Virus record (IMG/VR): IMGVR_UViG_2595698548_000001
Coordinates: 194,140-258,139 of that record
From: a virus
Lineage: Duplodnaviria > Heunggongvirae > Uroviricota > Caudoviricetes
Strand: one strand, 5' to 3'
Length of the DNA stretch: 64,000 nucleotides
Part shown: in pieces, positions 27,159 through 36,686 of the stretch
Numbering within the stretch: the first letter of the stretch is position 1
How the letters are laid out: every line of letters begins with the position of its first letter
Notes under the pieces: model-generated
What the model was told of the DNA's origin: nothing
Database searches by the model: none
What the model saw: only the letters and a program-made list of their open reading frames with translations
Position numbers and translations under genes: made by a program

Positions 27159-29058
27159 GCTCCTTCCAAAGCCGATTAAAACCCTGCGCGACGGGTATGT
27201 CGTATTGTTCAACGGCAAAATGATCGCGGACAGCGAACTGTACACTGAGTCCGGACAAAAACTCAGCGATGCCAACTATCCGATGCCGAAGCTGACTACC
27301 ACAGGAACTGTCGTCATTAGCGAGCTGTCCTACAAGGAACCTTCCGGAGATTCTCGCAATTCGTATGTGCAGACCACGTTCGTTGCAGACAACGGGCGTG
27401 TGGCCGAAGCCTGTAAACAACTTAACGACACGGGTACGAACTGGCGCGAGTTTCTGAGCGGCGAGGATCGCCACTGTTTCTATGTCTTCGGCATGGACAG
27501 TCCATTTCCTGCTGTATACACTGATACCAAAGGCAGCCAAGCTGGACGTATTAACGCACGCCACCAATCTTGTGCCCTCGATGTAACGGCCGAGACAACT
27601 TCGCGCGTGCTTGAGCCAAATCAGGTCATCAACTACGGAACCTCGACCAGTGCGCAATCTCCAAGTACCCCAGGTGCGTCCTACCTTGGTATGAGTCGCA
27701 TCTTAGATGAATCCGACACTCGGTACCTGAGTCTAGTGGTGCAATTGAACGGTACTATGTCGGCATACGGTTCCTCGACATATTGCCCGACGTTGCAGAC
27801 AGTACGCAAGGATTACTCCGTGCGCGACGCTGGGTATAACGCGACTACGGCTCCGTGTATTCCACTGTGGCACGATACTACGGACAAAGTGTTCTTTGCT
27901 TGGGAATTGTCGAATAGCCCGACAGCGTACGGGTTGGCAGGTGCAATTATTCGACCAATCGCTCTCCACTATAGTTCCGACATGGTGGCGACTCGCGTAC
28001 AAGCTGGCTACACCGTGACATTGGACAGCTTCGTTAGCTCAACCATATCTGGATTCACCTCCAACAAGCCGTGGCGCACGCTACCAATCATTCGCGCTCT
28101 CAAGAAGGCCGATGGTCTCCTGACCGCGTTCATTCCGAATGTTCAGGGTATTGCTGGAACTGTTCAGACAAACCTCGTGGGCAGTGTTTCTCTGGACCGT
28201 GTCGAGTATAACTACGTCACGAAGACCTTTGGTTCCCGTATCCAGATGAACGTCGTTGATCCAGATACTGGCTTGACGCCCACCTGGGGCGAGAACATGG
28301 TTGTCGTCCGCGACTCCAACTGGGCGAACGCGAAGATGAACACTGGGGATAACTACCCTGCGCACTTCCAGTTCTCCTTCATGCACGAGGTAGATAACGA
28401 GACCTACGTCGTCATCCTTGTGACGGGCAACGGCATTCCCAGCCGCAACCGCAACAACAACAATTTCCAGTATCCGACGAATACCGTGCAGTACACGTTG
28501 CGCTTGGATAAGGCAGACAAGACGAAAGCCTATCTGGTTGCCCGTGAAAATCTGGATGGCTTCTTTGGCACGCAGCGTTCGCTCTACTCGTTCGCGGGTA
28601 CTCAAGATCACAGCAGCCTGTATTGCATTTGCGACAATGACGTGGTGCGCCTCGTGTTCGATCAGACGCAATTGAAGTACGTCCTGTCCGACACTGTGAT
28701 CGACGTGGATGCTGTTAGCCTGCTGGTCAAGGACAACGGCGACGTGTGGTTGATGGATCAGATGCAGCGCGTGTACCAGATGCGCCAAAGCAACGCTGAT
28801 CTGGTGCGCCTGCGCTTCGGCCAGGTGAATGACCGCTTCGTCGAGGCTCCGTATGACGTCCAGCTATTCGTCAGTGCGGCTAATTTCATGGGAGAGCTTG
28901 GTGCTAAACCCATTGAGCTGGTAATCGACGGACCTGCCGTGTTCAAAGCGAACAACGGCAAGAAACTCAACATCACCACGTCCGCAGCAGATGAGCTGGC
29001 TTTGCTCATCACTGTCACCGGATACGGTGAGATTTACGTGACACCCAGAGGATTGTGA
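27151..29058 (+). CDS. large structural protein (fibre/baseplate), possibly a distant member of the paralog family
   Basis: ATG at 27151 follows GAGGT. The track start at 27109 lies inside the previous gene. Confidence 0.65.
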   Translation: MRKLLPKPIKTLRDGYVVLFNGKMIADSELYTESGQKLSDANYPMPKLTTTGTVVISELSYKEPSGDSRNSYVQTTFVADNGRVAEACKQLNDTGTNWREFLSGEDRHCFYVFGMDSPFPAVYTDTKGSQAGRINARHQSCALDVTAETTSRVLEPNQVINYGTSTSAQSPSTPGASYLGMSRILDESDTRYLSLVVQLNGTMSAYGSSTYCPTLQTVRKDYSVRDAGYNATTAPCIPLWHDTTDKVFFAWELSNSPTAYGLAGAIIRPIALHYSSDMVATRVQAGYTVTLDSFVSSTISGFTSNKPWRTLPIIRALKKADGLLTAFIPNVQGIAGTVQTNLVGSVSLDRVEYNYVTKTFGSRIQMNVVDPDTGLTPTWGENMVVVRDSNWANAKMNTGDNYPAHFQFSFMHEVDNETYVVILVTGNGIPSRNRNNNNFQYPTNTVQYTLRLDKADKTKAYLVARENLDGFFGTQRSLYSFAGTQDHSSLYCICDNDVVRLVFDQTQLKYVLSDTVIDVDAVSLLVKDNGDVWLMDQMQRVYQMRQSNADLVRLRFGQVNDRFVEAPYDVQLFVSAANFMGELGAKPIELVIDGPAVFKANNGKKLNITTSAADELALLITVTGYGEIYVTPRGL

Positions 29059-29065
29059 TTCAAAG

Positions 29066-29081
29066 GGCACAAGGACGTGCC
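29066..29081 (+). promoter_or_regulatory. conserved post-stop stem-loop, copy 1 (GGCAC-AAGGAC-GTGCC)
   Basis: It starts 7 nt after the TGA of the 27151 gene. The same element recurs after the next two giant genes. Confidence 0.5.
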
Positions 29082-29099
29082 TACAACTGAGACCCAACC

Positions 29100-29771
29100 A
29101 TGTTCAAAATACCAAGCATTTCGCCTTGGCCAGGTGACCGACCGGTAGAAAGCGAGTACACGATTCTCAACGCGCAGGAGGGCGTCAACGGCATCTACCG
29201 AGTCTCAGGACCTGACGGTGAGGAGTTTGATGCCTACTGCGACATGACAACCGACGGCGGCCATTGGATTCTCATTGCCAGATGGGCCGCGTCTCCGAAC
29301 AAGACGATTACATGGGGACAGGTTATCGTCAAAGACGCCTCACTGAACACTACGACCAATAGCGCTACTCTGTACCCTGTGATCCCCACAGGTGTCCGCA
29401 ACGTGGCCAAGGAAGTGTTGTTCAAAAGTGCGGCTTCTGGCTGGGTTAGCCGATACGGCCAGTGGTTGAAATTCACCACTACGGATGATCCTGCCCTTGT
29501 CATCACTTCGACTGGCATTGATGCAATGCGTGGTAGTGATCGTGCGATTGTGAAGATGCACGGTGAGAGTGCAGGCTGGGGAGGGAACACGTCGATGACC
29601 AACAACTTCTCGCTCTGGACACAATGGGGTAACGGCGGCCCATGTGGTGGTGCCGGCGTCTGCGGTTCTCAGAAGATTTGCCCAGTAATTAGAGCCAACT
29701 ACAACTACAGTTGCCATTTCGATTTCTCCTCCGTGAAGCAACTGTTTATCAGAAGTCGTATTCCTGAATAA
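29100..29771 (+). CDS. fibrinogen-related domain (FReD)-like fibre/lectin protein
   Basis: The segment ..NGIYRVSGPDGEEFDAYCDMTTDGGHWILIARW.. closely matches the FReD A-subdomain consensus (..GIY.l.P.......vYCDM.t.GGGWTviQrR). The N-terminus MFKIPSISPWPG resembles those of the next two genes. Confidence 0.65.
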   Translation: MFKIPSISPWPGDRPVESEYTILNAQEGVNGIYRVSGPDGEEFDAYCDMTTDGGHWILIARWAASPNKTITWGQVIVKDASLNTTTNSATLYPVIPTGVRNVAKEVLFKSAASGWVSRYGQWLKFTTTDDPALVITSTGIDAMRGSDRAIVKMHGESAGWGGNTSMTNNFSLWTQWGNGGPCGGAGVCGSQKICPVIRANYNYSCHFDFSSVKQLFIRSRIPE

Positions 29772-29781
29772 AGAGGCAATC

Positions 29782-32700
29782 ATGCTTAGCCTGATTCCAA
29801 GACTAGCTCCATGGCCGCTAGTACGCGGAGACCTACGGAGTTATCCGACCCTACTAAGCAAGACTGCGTTTTCCGCAGTGCCGACAACTGGCCTGTCTGG
29901 CAGCATAGTCCAGCTAAGTCACTTGACGTACAAGCCCGAGACTGGCAAGCTATTCGTTCCACTGCTGCACAGTGATCGGACTGGACGGCTGGCTGTTTAT
30001 GACGTAGCCGGGAACTCGCTCACGCAAGCAGTGTCTTTTGCCGCAATGGGAGGCACAGGAGTGCTTCGTCCAGGCGCCCACCACACACTGAGCAGAACTG
30101 CCAGCGGGGCAGCATCCGGTAAAGTACCTGCAGTGGTCACATGGGGCACAACATCGACACCCTCTGGTATCGGTGTAGGTCTTTTCAACGAGACAGCCTC
30201 CGCCATCGAAGGGTTTACGACGTCCGCCGCGAGCATCGTCAGCAACCAGTCAAACTTGAACTTGCAAGCGTCAATCATCATGAATGCCGCTGGTGACGTA
30301 GGGCTTGTGCAGTACATCGACGGACCAGACAGCACTCGCTATCTGAAATACAGGAAGGTCGTATACGATCAAGCCCAGGGCAAGCTAGTCGTCGGCACTG
30401 GCGCCCAAGAATTTGTAGGTCAGCAGCAGCCTGCAGTCGCCCGATACTACAAGGATTCCTTGTTTGTTGTGTGCGGGCTTGCCAGCTCAGGCAAAGCATT
30501 TGCGCAACTGCTCGATGTGTCTGGTGATGCTCCAGTACTGGTAGACTCCGCACCTGCGCTTAAGGCGAGTTCTCTAGCCTGGGGAAAAGCATCTATCGAT
30601 GTCGTTGGGGACAATTTGGTCATCACGTATCTGGATGCAACTGGTGACCTTAACGCGGAGCTGTTCGCACTCTCCTCAACTTCCATTACGCGCAAGTCCA
30701 CACAACCGCTGGGAGGCTTCACGACCTCCTCAGGTGTGCGCGATAGTATCGTTCTAGGTGACACTGTATTCGCTCTGATCGTAACTGGCAACTCAGTAGA
30801 CGTGGCGAAAACAACGATCGGTGCGCAAGGCGTAACGCGCTTCACCGTTGACCGTAACGTCATGACGTTGGATGCCACGTATACGCAGGCGTACATGGCA
30901 AAGATCAGCGACACTCGATTGCTGTTCGTCAAAGCTGGCACCACCGGGGCGATGCAATACCAGTTTGTCGATTACGTGTGGCGTGTCGATCTGACTCCGT
31001 CCAAGGTGCTGGCCCAGTATCGGTTCTACGACGGTGAAGCCATCAACGAAGTCGGCGAACGCTTCGCTCTGCTGGGCTCTGGCGCTACAGTCGGCAATGG
31101 CCGCCTAAACACCACAACCAACACGACTTCGCGCATCGAGCAAGACCAGGTCTATTTCGGGCCTGACGATGATCTGACGATAGAGGCGATTGTAAAAGCA
31201 ACGTCTTCCGGCAGTAACGGGTACTCTCCGATCTGCCAGTGGAACGTAGGCGGCTCCAACAATAACTCCTGGGCCATGTCTGTCGTTAGCGGGCTCCTTC
31301 GCTTCTCGTGGTCTTCCAGTGGGTCTGCATCATCAACATACCTAACGTCAAACACGCCCGTCCCAACTGGCATCGAAACACACGTCGCGGTTGTTCGGAA
31401 AAACGGCGTGTTCCGACTGTACGTGGCTGGGCAGCAGCAAAACGAAACTTCGGTCGACGCTACCGCTAACGCATTGAACACCAGACCAGTGTCCACGAGC
31501 TGGTCAGACACGACCGGTTGGTTGAACGGGTCACGAGGCAACATTCGGATCAGCCGCGAAGCGCTGTATGACGGAGATTTCCAACCTCCGACAGAACTGC
31601 CGACGATCACTCGTCCGACATACAGCGAACAAGATCAGGCTGCGTGTGTTTTCCAATTGGATTTGCGCCGCGACAATCTGTTGGACGAGGTTACGGACAA
31701 CCAAGTCACGTTCGTCAACGGTACCGCCCTGACGAATGGACGCATCGTCACGGTAAACAATACGACTTCGCAGTACACCTGCCAGAGCAAGAAGTTCGGT
31801 GAGGGTGATTTCACGGCTGAGCTGATGATCAACCTGCAAGCTGTCAGCGCAACGTACGGTGCTGTGATCATGGGCAACTGGCGTGCAGGCGGTGTAGCCA
31901 GTGACGAGAACCGTTGGTGCATCATCCTGGACAGTAATCGCAACATTGGCTTCAACATGGCCAGATCGGCCGACGCCAACGACTTCGCTTGGATGATGTC
32001 CTCGACGCCTGTTCCATTGAACGTGGACTGCCACATTGTAGCGGAGCGCGTAAATGGAGTCGTGACTCTCTACCTGAACGGCAGCCAGGTGGCGCAATCC
32101 AACGAGACTGATTTCAACTTCCCAATCCGCGGAGGTGAAGCCGGTTGGAAGGTGCACAGTATCAGTTCTCAGGTTGCGTACACCGTGGGAATGCGCTGCT
32201 GGAATCTGCGCATCATGGACAAAGCCTACTACAATGGCGATGTCAAGCGCGAGAATGAATTCCCAGCGCTGTCTGTGAAAGAGTACGTCATAGTCAACGG
32301 CGCCTATCTGCACCCGGACTTCTCCCTGCAGGGTGGCGCTACTCAAACGGAAGTTGGCGTTGATATGACCGCTGGCAAATACATCTTGGGTACAGGATCG
32401 CCCAAGTATGTGTTCTACCGAGGCGATTTCACAGTCGAAGCAACGGTCACACCACGTAGCTTGGTCTACGGTACTGGTGCAGGTTCCGGTTCTGCTATAG
32501 TCCCTCTGTGGGCGTGCCATACCTGGGCTGCTCCTGGGCAGCCAGTGAACTGGGAACTATTCTTGAACTTAGGAACGAACCAGATTGCGTTCGGCACTTC
32601 CCATTCTGACTCTACGCTCAGTCGAACAATGCCTTACACATTCACTCTTGGCCAGCGCATAAACTTCAAGGTGGTGCGCCGCCGCAGTCAGATGTATGCC

Positions 32701-32871
32701 TTTGTGGACGACACGCTCGTAGGTGTGACCGACATGCCCTACAACATCGGATATGACATAACACAGCCTCCGTTCATCGGACGCCGACGTGGTGGCGGTA
32801 GTGGTGAAGTGAATTGGTGGAACGACGTTCTTCTGGAGAAATTCATTATCACCAAGCGCGCCAAGATGTGA
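29782..32871 (+). CDS. giant fibre protein with three LamG/ConA-like lectin repeats
   Basis: N-terminus MLSLIPRLAPWPL. Three ~190-aa repeats (..GDFTAELMINL...ENRWCIILD...VVTLYLNG.. and similar), each ending in ..ALYDGDFQPP / AYYNGDVKRENEFP. Confidence 0.75.
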   Translation: MLSLIPRLAPWPLVRGDLRSYPTLLSKTAFSAVPTTGLSGSIVQLSHLTYKPETGKLFVPLLHSDRTGRLAVYDVAGNSLTQAVSFAAMGGTGVLRPGAHHTLSRTASGAASGKVPAVVTWGTTSTPSGIGVGLFNETASAIEGFTTSAASIVSNQSNLNLQASIIMNAAGDVGLVQYIDGPDSTRYLKYRKVVYDQAQGKLVVGTGAQEFVGQQQPAVARYYKDSLFVVCGLASSGKAFAQLLDVSGDAPVLVDSAPALKASSLAWGKASIDVVGDNLVITYLDATGDLNAELFALSSTSITRKSTQPLGGFTTSSGVRDSIVLGDTVFALIVTGNSVDVAKTTIGAQGVTRFTVDRNVMTLDATYTQAYMAKISDTRLLFVKAGTTGAMQYQFVDYVWRVDLTPSKVLAQYRFYDGEAINEVGERFALLGSGATVGNGRLNTTTNTTSRIEQDQVYFGPDDDLTIEAIVKATSSGSNGYSPICQWNVGGSNNNSWAMSVVSGLLRFSWSSSGSASSTYLTSNTPVPTGIETHVAVVRKNGVFRLYVAGQQQNETSVDATANALNTRPVSTSWSDTTGWLNGSRGNIRISREALYDGDFQPPTELPTITRPTYSEQDQAACVFQLDLRRDNLLDEVTDNQVTFVNGTALTNGRIVTVNNTTSQYTCQSKKFGEGDFTAELMINLQAVSATYGAVIMGNWRAGGVASDENRWCIILDSNRNIGFNMARSADANDFAWMMSSTPVPLNVDCHIVAERVNGVVTLYLNGSQVAQSNETDFNFPIRGGEAGWKVHSISSQVAYTVGMRCWNLRIMDKAYYNGDVKRENEFPALSVKEYVIVNGAYLHPDFSLQGGATQTEVGVDMTAGKYILGTGSPKYVFYRGDFTVEATVTPRSLVYGTGAGSGSAIVPLWACHTWAAPGQPVNWELFLNLGTNQIAFGTSHSDSTLSRTMPYTFTLGQRINFKVVRRRSQMYAFVDDTLVGVTDMPYNIGYDITQPPFIGRRRGGGSGEVNWWNDVLLEKFIITKRAKM

Positions 32872-32878
32872 TCTATAC

Positions 32879-32894
32879 GGCACAGGGACGTGCC
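32879..32894 (+). promoter_or_regulatory. conserved post-stop stem-loop, copy 2 (GGCAC-AGGGAC-GTGCC)
   Basis: It starts 7 nt after the TGA of the 29782 gene. Confidence 0.5.
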
Positions 32895-32925
32895 ATTTCT
32901 ATGTATTCAATTACGGGAGCATCCT

Positions 32926-35900
32926 ATGCTGAGTCTGATTCCGAGACTAGCACCTTGGCCTTTGCCGAGGGCATCCTCAGAGGTAAGTGACCTTTGGGTG
33001 CAATATCGATTTCTTGGCACTGAAGCCATTGATGAAGTTACGGATGCTGTAGCCACGCTCTACGGAACCGCCACTTTGGCTGACGGTAAACTCGTGACTA
33101 ACCCAGCGAGTCCTGCCAACTACGCGGCCATGAACAACATCATCTTCGACGCCAACGAAGATTTCAACATAAGCCTGAACGTGAATATGCCGTTCAGCAA
33201 CAGCCGTCCATACAACACTATTCTTGGTGTGTACACTTCGACCGCAGGTCCACGTGCTTGGGCTCTGGGTCGCATCGGTAACGACACTAACCCGTCGAAG
33301 CTCCACTTCGCCATGGTCTCAGGAGGTGTCAAATACGACTTCTACGGTCCCGTGCTGAACGCCGACACTGATTACCACATCGAAGTGTCGCGCACTCAGA
33401 ACGTGCTGTACATCTTCGTAAACGGCAACTTGGAGCTGGCTACGCCTTTTGCCTTGGGCAACGATCAGGCTTCTTTGCCCAGGATGCGTACCGACGTTAT
33501 CCTCGCCGAGGGCCAGACGGCGACGCTCACGCACCACGGCGGCGGCTATAAGTGGGGCCTTCAGATTTTCAAAGGTAAGGGCGGTCATACGTCCAACTTT
33601 ACGCCCGAAGCACCTGTCGAATACTCGCGCCCGTACTACACGGCAGACGTAGCACAAGACATCAAGCTGCAACTTGGCATGCGCCGCGGTACTAAGGCGT
33701 GCGAAGCCTCTGGTGCCCAGTTAGCCTTGAACGGCACAGCGACCGTAGGTAAGAACGCTCGCTTATCTTTGACGAACGTAACGACCTCTTACGCGAGTAT
33801 CCCGGTTGCCGCATTTGGAGAAGCCGACTTTACCATTGAGTTCATGTGTAACCTGAGCGCTGTGCATTCGACATATGGTAACCATTTCGGGCACATGTTT
33901 AGCTCGGTGAGCGCCAGCGAGGATAACCGCTGGATCGTTTGGGTGTCGCCTTCGGGTCGTCTGGGCTTTTCGATGAGCTTATCCGCGAACGCGAATGACA
34001 CTGTAGGCACAGGTTCCGTAGAGGGTGCCTTCAAGTTCAACCGTGACAATCACATTGTTGTCCAGCGTAAGGATGGCGTCATCAAGCTCTACTTGAACAA
34101 ACAAGAAGTGGCACAAATGGCACAAGCTGCACCCATCAGGGGCGGCGCTGGTGTGTTCCGCACACAGTCGCTCAACGGTGCAACCTCGTGTGCCGGCCAG
34201 CTGTGGAACATTCGGATTGCTGACCGGGCACTCTACTCGGAACAGGTCAAGACCAAGCCAACATTCCCGCAGTTCACCAAAGAATACGACCCCACGCTGT
34301 TCATGCAGTACACGTTCAGCTACGACGAAGCGATCAACGAAGTTACGGAGACGTTCGCGGCTCTCTCCGGCAACGCGGCCGTATCAAATGGCAGGTTGTC
34401 CACTGGGTCTTCGGCGAGCGACAACATGTCTACGCCTGCCACGTTGATCGAACCGAACGAAGACTTCACGTTGGAGGTGATGTTCAACTGCACCACGCAT
34501 AACGTGAACATGCCGATTCTCGGTATCGTGGGTGGGAGTAACACAGGCGTATCCAAGAACGCATGGTACTTGCACTACGACGTTCCTGCTGCGGCATTTC
34601 GCTTCATGGTGTATGACGGTACTGGCGCCAGTGACATGGTGCAGTTCGCACGCCCCAACATCTTCAATACTGACACGCACATCGCAATAGCCCGTAAAGG
34701 CGGTGTGATGACGCTGTTCATCGCGGGTCAGCCAGTTGCCAGCACACCAAGCATCAAAGGTAACGTGCCGACTTCTGTGCAGATGGGCACCACGTTCTCC
34801 TCAACGTACATGAACGGGACGCGAACAAACTTCCGTCTGGTGCGCGGACGCGCGCTGTACGATTCCGCGTTCGAGCCTCCGGTAACGCTGCCTGTTGTAG
34901 GTCGTCCGACGTACACCCAGCAAGAAGCCGCTGCGACCAAAGCGCAGATCGATCTGCGCCGAGACAGTGCGCGAAACGATGCCAACGGACGCTCCGTTCA
35001 AGTTTATAGCTCGGCACGTCACGTTAGGGGCCGCATTCTTCATGCTGCCGCAACGTCGTCGTTCTACTACGCACCATGCGAGCCATTCGGAGCTGGTGAT
35101 TTCACCATAGAGCTGGACTTTAACCTGACATCGATCAACGGCACGTACGGAGGTGCACTGGCCGGACAGTGGGTGCGAGGCAACGTAGCCTCAGAAGATA
35201 ACTGCTGGCTGATCTATGTAGGACCAACCAGACTCATCCAGTTCGCCTGGGCCCGCAGTGCCGCAGCGAACGATTTCGACTTCATCGCGTCTGCGGCAGG
35301 CGTGTTTGATTTCAGCGCTGACTACCGTTTGGTTGTGGAGCGTATCGGGACCACGCTGACGATCTACCTGAACAATGTCCAGGTTGCACAGGGTACGTGC
35401 GCGATCCCGTTGAGAACAAACGCTCCCCATTACGTGCGCAGTAACAGCTCGGCAAACCTATATGCGTTCGGCGGTTCTGTGTGGAATCTGCGCATTTCGG
35501 ATCGTGCAGTGTACAACGGCAATGTAACGCGAGTCCCACTGTTCCCGAAAATGCCGAAAGCCGCCGAGTACACGGACCAGAGTCTGTTGAACGACATTGT
35601 TGTGCAGTGCGATATGAACGAAGGGAACGCACGCAACGCCAAGACAGGTGAAGTCATTACGTTCTCAGGTACGGGTGCGGCTATTCGTGAGCGCTTGGTG
35701 ACGACACTTGCCAACACTTCGCGCTGGTATATCCCGTGCGGTCCGTTCAGTGCTGGCGATTTCACAATCGAGTTCGATTTGAACCTGCTGAGTTCCACTG
35801 GGGCTTCGTCTCGTCCGATCTTCGGTCAGTTCAGAGGTGACGTAGGACCAAACTCGTGGGTTTTCTACACCACGTCATCTGGTAACTTGGCGTTCCAGTG

Positions 35901-36621
35901 TTTGGGTGTAGATGCGTCATCGCTGAGTATCGACTCTCTCAATGGGCCTATCGAGAAGCGCACGCTGACAGCAGGTAAAGAACATCACGTGGTTGTCGAG
36001 CGCAAGGCTGGCGTTGTGACCATGTACATCGATGGTGTTGTCATCGGCAGCGGAGCTTTCACTGCACAGCTTGTGGACATGTCGGCGTATCCGTACATCA
36101 CGAACCTGTACGATCTGTCCACGGCGAAGTATTGTGCCAGTGAGATTGGCAACGTGCGTATTGCCAAGCGTGCCCTGTACAATGGTGTGATCACCAAAGC
36201 AAGGCTGCCGCTCGTCCCGAACCAGAAGCCTTCGTTGACTGCGAACATCGGTTCGGCGATTGGTACTCTGTCTGGTGCGTGCCAGAACTTGTATTACGGT
36301 GGCGTGCAAAGCTCGTTGGGTGCATTCAGCCATACGCTGTTCCGTGACATCCGCGATCCGCAGAACGTCAAGACTGTTCGCCTTGTTGCGCTCGCTCTCG
36401 ACAGGACGTACACCGTGCTGGCGTGGCGAGAAGTGGATATGCCGCCGACCGCGGATATGCCGCAGTTCACCAACTCGTTGAAGATCGGGAACGCCGCACC
36501 TCTGCTGATCTCCAATTCGTCCGGCGCTAGTGTTGCAAATGGCGTCACGGGGCGGTATTGGTCTGGCAACCCGTTTGGTCCGTTGACACACGGAACTGCC
36601 ATTCCATTCGAGTTTGTGTAG
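32926..36621 (+). CDS. giant fibre protein with five LamG/ConA-like lectin repeats
   Basis: ATG at 32926 follows GGGAG. The N-terminus MLSLIPRLAPWPLPRAS is near-identical to that of the 29782 gene. Five repeats of the form ..[EG]DFT[IL]E..N....DN.W.......G.L.F......A........H.V..R..GV..LY.N... Confidence 0.75.
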   Translation: MLSLIPRLAPWPLPRASSEVSDLWVQYRFLGTEAIDEVTDAVATLYGTATLADGKLVTNPASPANYAAMNNIIFDANEDFNISLNVNMPFSNSRPYNTILGVYTSTAGPRAWALGRIGNDTNPSKLHFAMVSGGVKYDFYGPVLNADTDYHIEVSRTQNVLYIFVNGNLELATPFALGNDQASLPRMRTDVILAEGQTATLTHHGGGYKWGLQIFKGKGGHTSNFTPEAPVEYSRPYYTADVAQDIKLQLGMRRGTKACEASGAQLALNGTATVGKNARLSLTNVTTSYASIPVAAFGEADFTIEFMCNLSAVHSTYGNHFGHMFSSVSASEDNRWIVWVSPSGRLGFSMSLSANANDTVGTGSVEGAFKFNRDNHIVVQRKDGVIKLYLNKQEVAQMAQAAPIRGGAGVFRTQSLNGATSCAGQLWNIRIADRALYSEQVKTKPTFPQFTKEYDPTLFMQYTFSYDEAINEVTETFAALSGNAAVSNGRLSTGSSASDNMSTPATLIEPNEDFTLEVMFNCTTHNVNMPILGIVGGSNTGVSKNAWYLHYDVPAAAFRFMVYDGTGASDMVQFARPNIFNTDTHIAIARKGGVMTLFIAGQPVASTPSIKGNVPTSVQMGTTFSSTYMNGTRTNFRLVRGRALYDSAFEPPVTLPVVGRPTYTQQEAAATKAQIDLRRDSARNDANGRSVQVYSSARHVRGRILHAAATSSFYYAPCEPFGAGDFTIELDFNLTSINGTYGGALAGQWVRGNVASEDNCWLIYVGPTRLIQFAWARSAAANDFDFIASAAGVFDFSADYRLVVERIGTTLTIYLNNVQVAQGTCAIPLRTNAPHYVRSNSSANLYAFGGSVWNLRISDRAVYNGNVTRVPLFPKMPKAAEYTDQSLLNDIVVQCDMNEGNARNAKTGEVITFSGTGAAIRERLVTTLANTSRWYIPCGPFSAGDFTIEFDLNLLSSTGASSRPIFGQFRGDVGPNSWVFYTTSSGNLAFQCLGVDASSLSIDSLNGPIEKRTLTAGKEHHVVVERKAGVVTMYIDGVVIGSGAFTAQLVDMSAYPYITNLYDLSTAKYCASEIGNVRIAKRALYNGVITKARLPLVPNQKPSLTANIGSAIGTLSGACQNLYYGGVQSSLGAFSHTLFRDIRDPQNVKTVRLVALALDRTYTVLAWREVDMPPTADMPQFTNSLKIGNAAPLLISNSSGASVANGVTGRYWSGNPFGPLTHGTAIPFEFV

Positions 36622-36625
36622 GACA

Positions 36626-36645
36626 ACAGCACAAGGACGTGCTGT
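36626..36645 (+). promoter_or_regulatory. conserved post-stop stem-loop, copy 3 (ACAGCAC-AAGGAC-GTGCTGT)
   Basis: It starts 4 nt after the TAG of the 32926 gene. The closing pair is A-T where copies 1 and 2 have G-C, a compensatory change. Confidence 0.5.
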
Positions 36646-36686
36646 ACGGCAGCGTAATTTACACGCATCAAAGAGGAGAATCCACA

